Origin: a bacterium
Lineage (GTDB): Bacteria > SAR324 > NAC60-12
Length of the DNA stretch: 12,110 nt
Assembly (NCBI GenBank): GCA_965233585.1
Contig: CBDDTI010000447.1
Span: forward strand, 1-12,110
Reading direction: 5' to 3'
Under the pieces are notes generated by a model, which was not told the origin of the DNA, ran no database searches, and saw only the letters and a program-made list of their open reading frames with translations. Each line of letters begins with the position of its first letter. Within the stretch, counting starts at the first letter, position 1. The translations under genes were made by a program, and so were the position numbers. Positions 8,769-12,110 of this stretch are shown one piece after another.

Positions 8769-10046
8769 GAGCTACCTTTGGTGGCAACGTTGTTCGTACC
8801 CTCTTTGCGTTGTCCTGTCTGTAGTCATGCGAATGATAGTGACTTCAGGTGGTTACAAGAGAAAGATCCTATCCTCATAAACAAGAGTGGCTCAGTAAAA
8901 GTTGATCTCGACTCTATTGACAAACGATTGCAGCAGTTACTGAACGTTGATCAAGCGACTAATAAATCGAAACAGGAGGATTCTGTACGGAAGGAACTGG
9001 AAGCCTTTTGTCAACCCTGCCGGGTCAATTGTCTTCAGCGACTGTTTCTCCCTGGGATATATGTCGTTTTCTTATTTTTAAGGATAAGGATGGTCGAACG
9101 CAGATCCACCATAACGGTTGTCAATGGTGCTTGTCCCCTTATAATACTGTAGATTCATATATTGGAAAGTTGAGATCTGTTTTTCATGTTTTTGGGAGGC
9201 ATGATGAACGGGACAAAGGCTGGGATTAGGCAATCTCGCGGCAGGTAAATCCGTAAAGGATTATTTTCGTGTGGTGAATGCCGAGAAACTAAAGACAAGG
9301 GTAACCCCTAAGCAGGCTACGCCTTTCTTTGTTGACAAACTTTCCCAGCTTTCCCTTTTGCTAAAAAGGCGCTTGGCGCAATCCGTTTTGCCGTTTCAAA
9401 GTTTGGTTATTGCTCGCGACCAGGCCTACGTCAAAACCGTTTTCTTTACCGGTGATCGGCCTGGTGACTTGGGCCAAGTTAAAGTAGCTGAAATTTTACG
9501 TTTTCCTAATGATGATGGCATTCTATTTAATCATATTTGGGGAAAGACCTTCATAAGGGATGGCGACCAAAATGTTTTTTGAAATGAGAAGGAATCCACA
9601 ATCAGTCATTTGCTCCCATTAGAGGTATTGAACATTATGTCGATGTTGCTCGAAGAATGCAGGTTGACCTTACCCGTGGTTAATTATCTATTTCGCCCAA
9701 CAACGCTAGCGGTGGCATTTTAGATGCCCCCTTTACTTCGACGACGGCAGTGGCCCGATTTAAATTATATCTAAGAGGGATGAGTCAGGATGACGGTGAA
9801 ACATTGCATGGGTTTAGATCAGGATGTGCGATAACCTTGGCTCTTTCAGGTGTAGAATTGACAGAAATAATGAATCACGTTGGATGGAACCGTAGGCACA
9901 TGGCTTTGCATTACCTACAACTGGTGAAAGTGCCAAATCTTTCTGGGGCCTCTGCTAAATTGGCCTCTAGCGAACTAATGAGTGTTAACAATACGTGGAC
10001 AGATCGGAATGAACTGAAGCGCTTCCTTTGTGCCTTTCCAGACTGA
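8769..10046 (+). pseudogene. Tyrosine recombinase (phage-integrase fold) of the retrotransposon, frameshifted
   Basis: N-terminal CPVCSHAND; DSYIGKLRSVF; ARDQAY..FFTGDRPGDL (R); WGKT (K); TLHGFRSGCA (HxxR); MNHVGW (H); ALHYLQL (Y). Confidence 0.93.
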
Positions 10047-10228
10047 TAAGCAAGATTATAGTCATTTTTTAACCTCCACACATACTATTTTCCTTTTTTT
10101 TATAGTTTTGGGTAGGTTTGGGAATTGCAAGGTTTGGGGGGATTTATTGATGAAATTGACGTTTGTTGTGAGTAAGAAGTGAAGTGTAGAGCTTGTCATG
10201 GCTTGTGAAATTAAAGATGAACAGTATG

Positions 10229-10304
10229 GCTTGGACGGTGCTGAGCAATATTATTCCCACACCTAATTTCAACTGAGCATGAATAGTGTTATGTAATAGA
10301 TTAC
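10229..10304 (+). repeat. Split direct repeat B1
   Basis: gctgagcaatattatt.ccca.acct..tttcaactgagcatgaa..agtgttatgta..atagRttac is repeated at 10590-10669. Confidence 0.9.
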
Positions 10305-10424
10305 TATTCATGACACTCATAATTATATGCGAAACAACAAGAACAACAACAACAAAGTGAAATACGTGAAATTCACTCATCACAGGCTATTCAGTGCATG
10401 CAGGTGTGTGCACGAGGGTGTTAT
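10302..10424 (+). repeat. Split direct repeat A2 (with an (aac)n expansion)
   Basis: Matches 3504-3585 with two insertions. Directly abuts B1. Confidence 0.9.
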
Positions 10425-10589
10425 AAGACTATGAAAACTGATCCAAGCAGAATAACACTCTTCTCGTGCTTAGTATCAGTCAGCGAAGCAGTGAAGGAAG
10501 GATCGGCCCACCCACCCACCCACCCTGACCAAATTTCGTGTGGGTCAAAACACAGCCGTACGTACCCTAAGCCAAGCTTTTCCAGCTTA

Positions 10590-10669
10590 GCTTAGACCGC
10601 TGAGCAATATTATTTCCCATACCTTCTTTCAACTGAGCATGAACAAAGTGTTATGTATAAATAGGTTAC
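10590..10669 (+). repeat. Split direct repeat B2 (right terminus of the element)
   Basis: Matches 10229-10304. Confidence 0.9.
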
Positions 10670-10687
10670 GAATAATATGCGTTTCTA

Positions 10688-10857
10688 ATAGGCCATTTCC
10701 GAGTTCACTTGTGCCTCGGTCTCAAAACGAGTCTAAGTGCGAGACCTTTCATATGAAAATGAGTTCTGCATGCAGTTTCATTTTCATGCAAATCAAAGTC
10801 ATTTTCATAAGAATGGTTTCGCACTTAGACAACAAAGACAACTCGGAAATGGCCTAT
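10688..10857. mobile_element. MITE with 18-bp TIRs and a 4-bp TSD (TCTA)
   Basis: ataggccatttccgagtt ... aactcggaaatggcctat, with tcta at 10684-10687 and 10858-10861. Internal inverted repeats gtctaagtgcga/tcgcacttagac and atgaaaatga/tcattttcat. Confidence 0.88.
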
Positions 10858-11096
10858 TCTACCAGTGAACATGAGTGTTCTTTGGCAGCTGTGGCCAGGG
10901 ATGGAAAGACTTTGCATGTGTGATTGAGTTACGACAGAGGGTCTATTAGTGTCCAACTGTTTTGATGCTTGGGGGAACCGGCTGGGTTTATCACGAGCTC
11001 ACACACGGAGTGTAGGACACTTGGCTGCTGTATAATCAACTGAGTCTACTTTATTGCTTGAATCAAGGTTCTTATAGACATAATGGTAGCTAACTT

Positions 11097-11339
11097 ATAA
11101 ACAATTATTGGATGAGGTTTTTGTGATATCCAGAATAATCGAGGTCGAGGTAGGGGTTATCAGCCGAAGCCGTAGGCTGAGGCTGATAACCCTTACCGAG
11201 ACCTCGATTATTCTGAATATCACAGAAACCGAACCTAATAATTGTTTTATTATACATTGAACGGAAAAAATTGAAGTAATTTTTTTTTGCTTCTTCGCTA
11301 ACGCCAAGCAGCACAAAGCGCGCGAACTTGACATGATTA
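11097..11339 (+). mobile_element. Fold-back element 3 (149-nt hairpin), tail cut by the Penelope-like element
   Basis: Hairpin 11099-11247 with loop c-GTA-g (11172-11174) and three tandem GA mismatches. Confidence 0.85.
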
Positions 11340-11395
11340 AAAATAAGACACAAACAGCAGTGATTAACATATTGAACTTGCACATTTTGATTATG

Positions 11396-11436
11396 ACTTG
11401 ACGTTTCGTATGTACTCTACATACATTTTCAAAAGT
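11396..11436 (-). ncRNA. Minimal type I hammerhead ribozyme variant in the PLE pseudo-LTR
   Basis: Minus strand ACUU-UUGAAAA-U-GUAUGUA-GAG-UACAUAC-GAAA-CGUC-AAGU: stem I, core with U3-A8 in place of C3-G8, 7-bp stem II, GAAA, palindromic ACGU stem III and a GUC cleavage triplet. Confidence 0.7.
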
Positions 11437-11546
11437 AACCGTTGAAATTTAAAACAGCTATTTATATATATATTACAAAGGTGAGGGGACTGGAACCTAG
11501 ATTAAGCAAATACCTTGTACTTAACAGTAAAATAAAACAGAACAGA

Positions 11547-11718
11547 TTAATAAAGCATCAGCTTTTCACTTCCGACGTTGACATTGAAAGCTGGCTCAAG
11601 TTCTTGAATATATAAGGTCTCTTTTATTTTACAATGATGGTCTGTTTTGCCCTTCGCTAAAATATCAAAATGATCCCACTTGATGTTGTGTCCAGTGATC
11701 TTGACGAGGTCAGCAATA
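11547..11718 (-). pseudogene. PLE GIY-YIG endonuclease C-terminal fragment
   Basis: IADLVKITGHNIKWDHFDILAKGKTDHHCKIKETLYIQELEPAFNVNVGSEKLMLY*: typical PLE H..W..F.IL...KE...I....P..N motif. Confidence 0.88.
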
Positions 11719-12110
11719 TTAAATTTACCATTGAATTTGAACAGAACAATGCAATTCCGTTTTTGGACATTCTTATCACACGTAATCAAAACAGCACTTT
11801 CATGACATCCATCTACCGAAAGAAAACTTTCACAGGCCTCTACACTAAATGGGATTCCTTCACTCCACGAAAGTACAAAATAAACCTCATCCGCTCCCTA
11901 ACTTATCGCTATAACCGTCTTTGTTCATCTGGCTCCTTGCTACAATCTTCCCTCCATGATCTTCGAAAACTCCTTCTTCAGAACGGCTACCCACAAGGCA
12001 TAATCAACTATCATATCAACGATGTTTTGAACAAAAACAGACATCAGCATAGCAACCCCGTGTCTACTGTTCCTAAGAAAGATATCATTATCCTACTTCC
12101 CTACTTAGGT
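11715..12110 (+). pseudogene. PLE reverse transcriptase C-terminal/thumb region (open frame, 5'-truncated)
   Basis: 132 codons without a stop: NIKFTIEFEQNNAIPFLDILI...TSIYRKKTFTGLYTKWDSFTPRKYKINLIRSL...LLQNGYP...LPYLG. Confidence 0.92.

Larger units (their letters stand above)
3504..10669 (+). mobile_element. Tyrosine-recombinase retrotransposon (DIRS order, PAT-like: split direct repeats plus methyltransferase), full-length but inactivated
   Basis: Colinear gag, RT, RNase H, MT and YR remnants on +, with terminal repeats arranged A1...B1-A2-B2. Many frameshifts and stops. Confidence 0.93.
11340..12110. mobile_element. Penelope-like retroelement, 5'-truncated with an inverted 3' segment (pseudo-LTR); runs off the window
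   Basis: GIY-YIG C-terminus and 3' UTR on minus, joined at ~11714-11718 to the RT/thumb region on plus. Confidence 0.9.

Noticed and set aside
4017..10046. Prokaryotic RT + integrase system (retron, DGR or prophage)
   Set aside because: Gag knuckle, RNase H, MT, YR order and split repeats match DIRS-order retrotransposons, and the flanks are animal-type repeats.
10229..10669. Spaced direct repeats as a CRISPR-like array or conventional LTRs
   Set aside because: Only two copies of each repeat, no regular spacers and no TG..CA or TSD; fully explained by A-B-A-B split repeats.
6878..11247. Hairpins as rho-independent terminators, miRNA precursors or Helitron 3' hairpins
   Set aside because: Eukaryotic TE context. 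The stems are far longer than terminator or Helitron hairpins, and the GNA-triloop code is a DNA stability feature. Incidental small-RNA production is not excluded.
11095..11385. Two overlapping minus-strand ORFs
   Set aside because: They lie on the palindromic element and show no protein motifs.
11719..11789. N-terminal part of ORF 11547-11789
   Set aside because: Antisense of the RT segment across the inversion junction; only 11547-11718 is GIY-YIG.

Overview
Repeat-dense eukaryotic intergenic DNA with no supportable host gene; the repeat families look cnidarian or stony-coral-like, which is an inference. The main feature is a full-length but decayed tyrosine-recombinase retrotransposon (DIRS order, PAT-like) at ~3504-10669 (+). 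It carries gag with a degenerate CCHC knuckle, pol (RT YIDD, RNase H, Dam-like methyltransferase) and YR, bounded by split direct repeats A1...B1-A2-B2. A 1.68-kb double insertion (6871-8550) splits its methyltransferase domain. At the right end is a 5'-inverted Penelope-like retroelement with a variant hammerhead ribozyme. MITEs, a SINE fragment and a TTAA-ended DNA transposon relic fill the rest. The most unusual signal is five sequence-diverse fold-back elements. Their hairpins share one strand-specific design: a c-GNA-g triloop and spaced tandem G.A/A.G mismatches. In three of them the far end completes the hairpin stem only if the element is circularised. This suggests a Crypton-like system that recombines folded single-stranded DNA circles.
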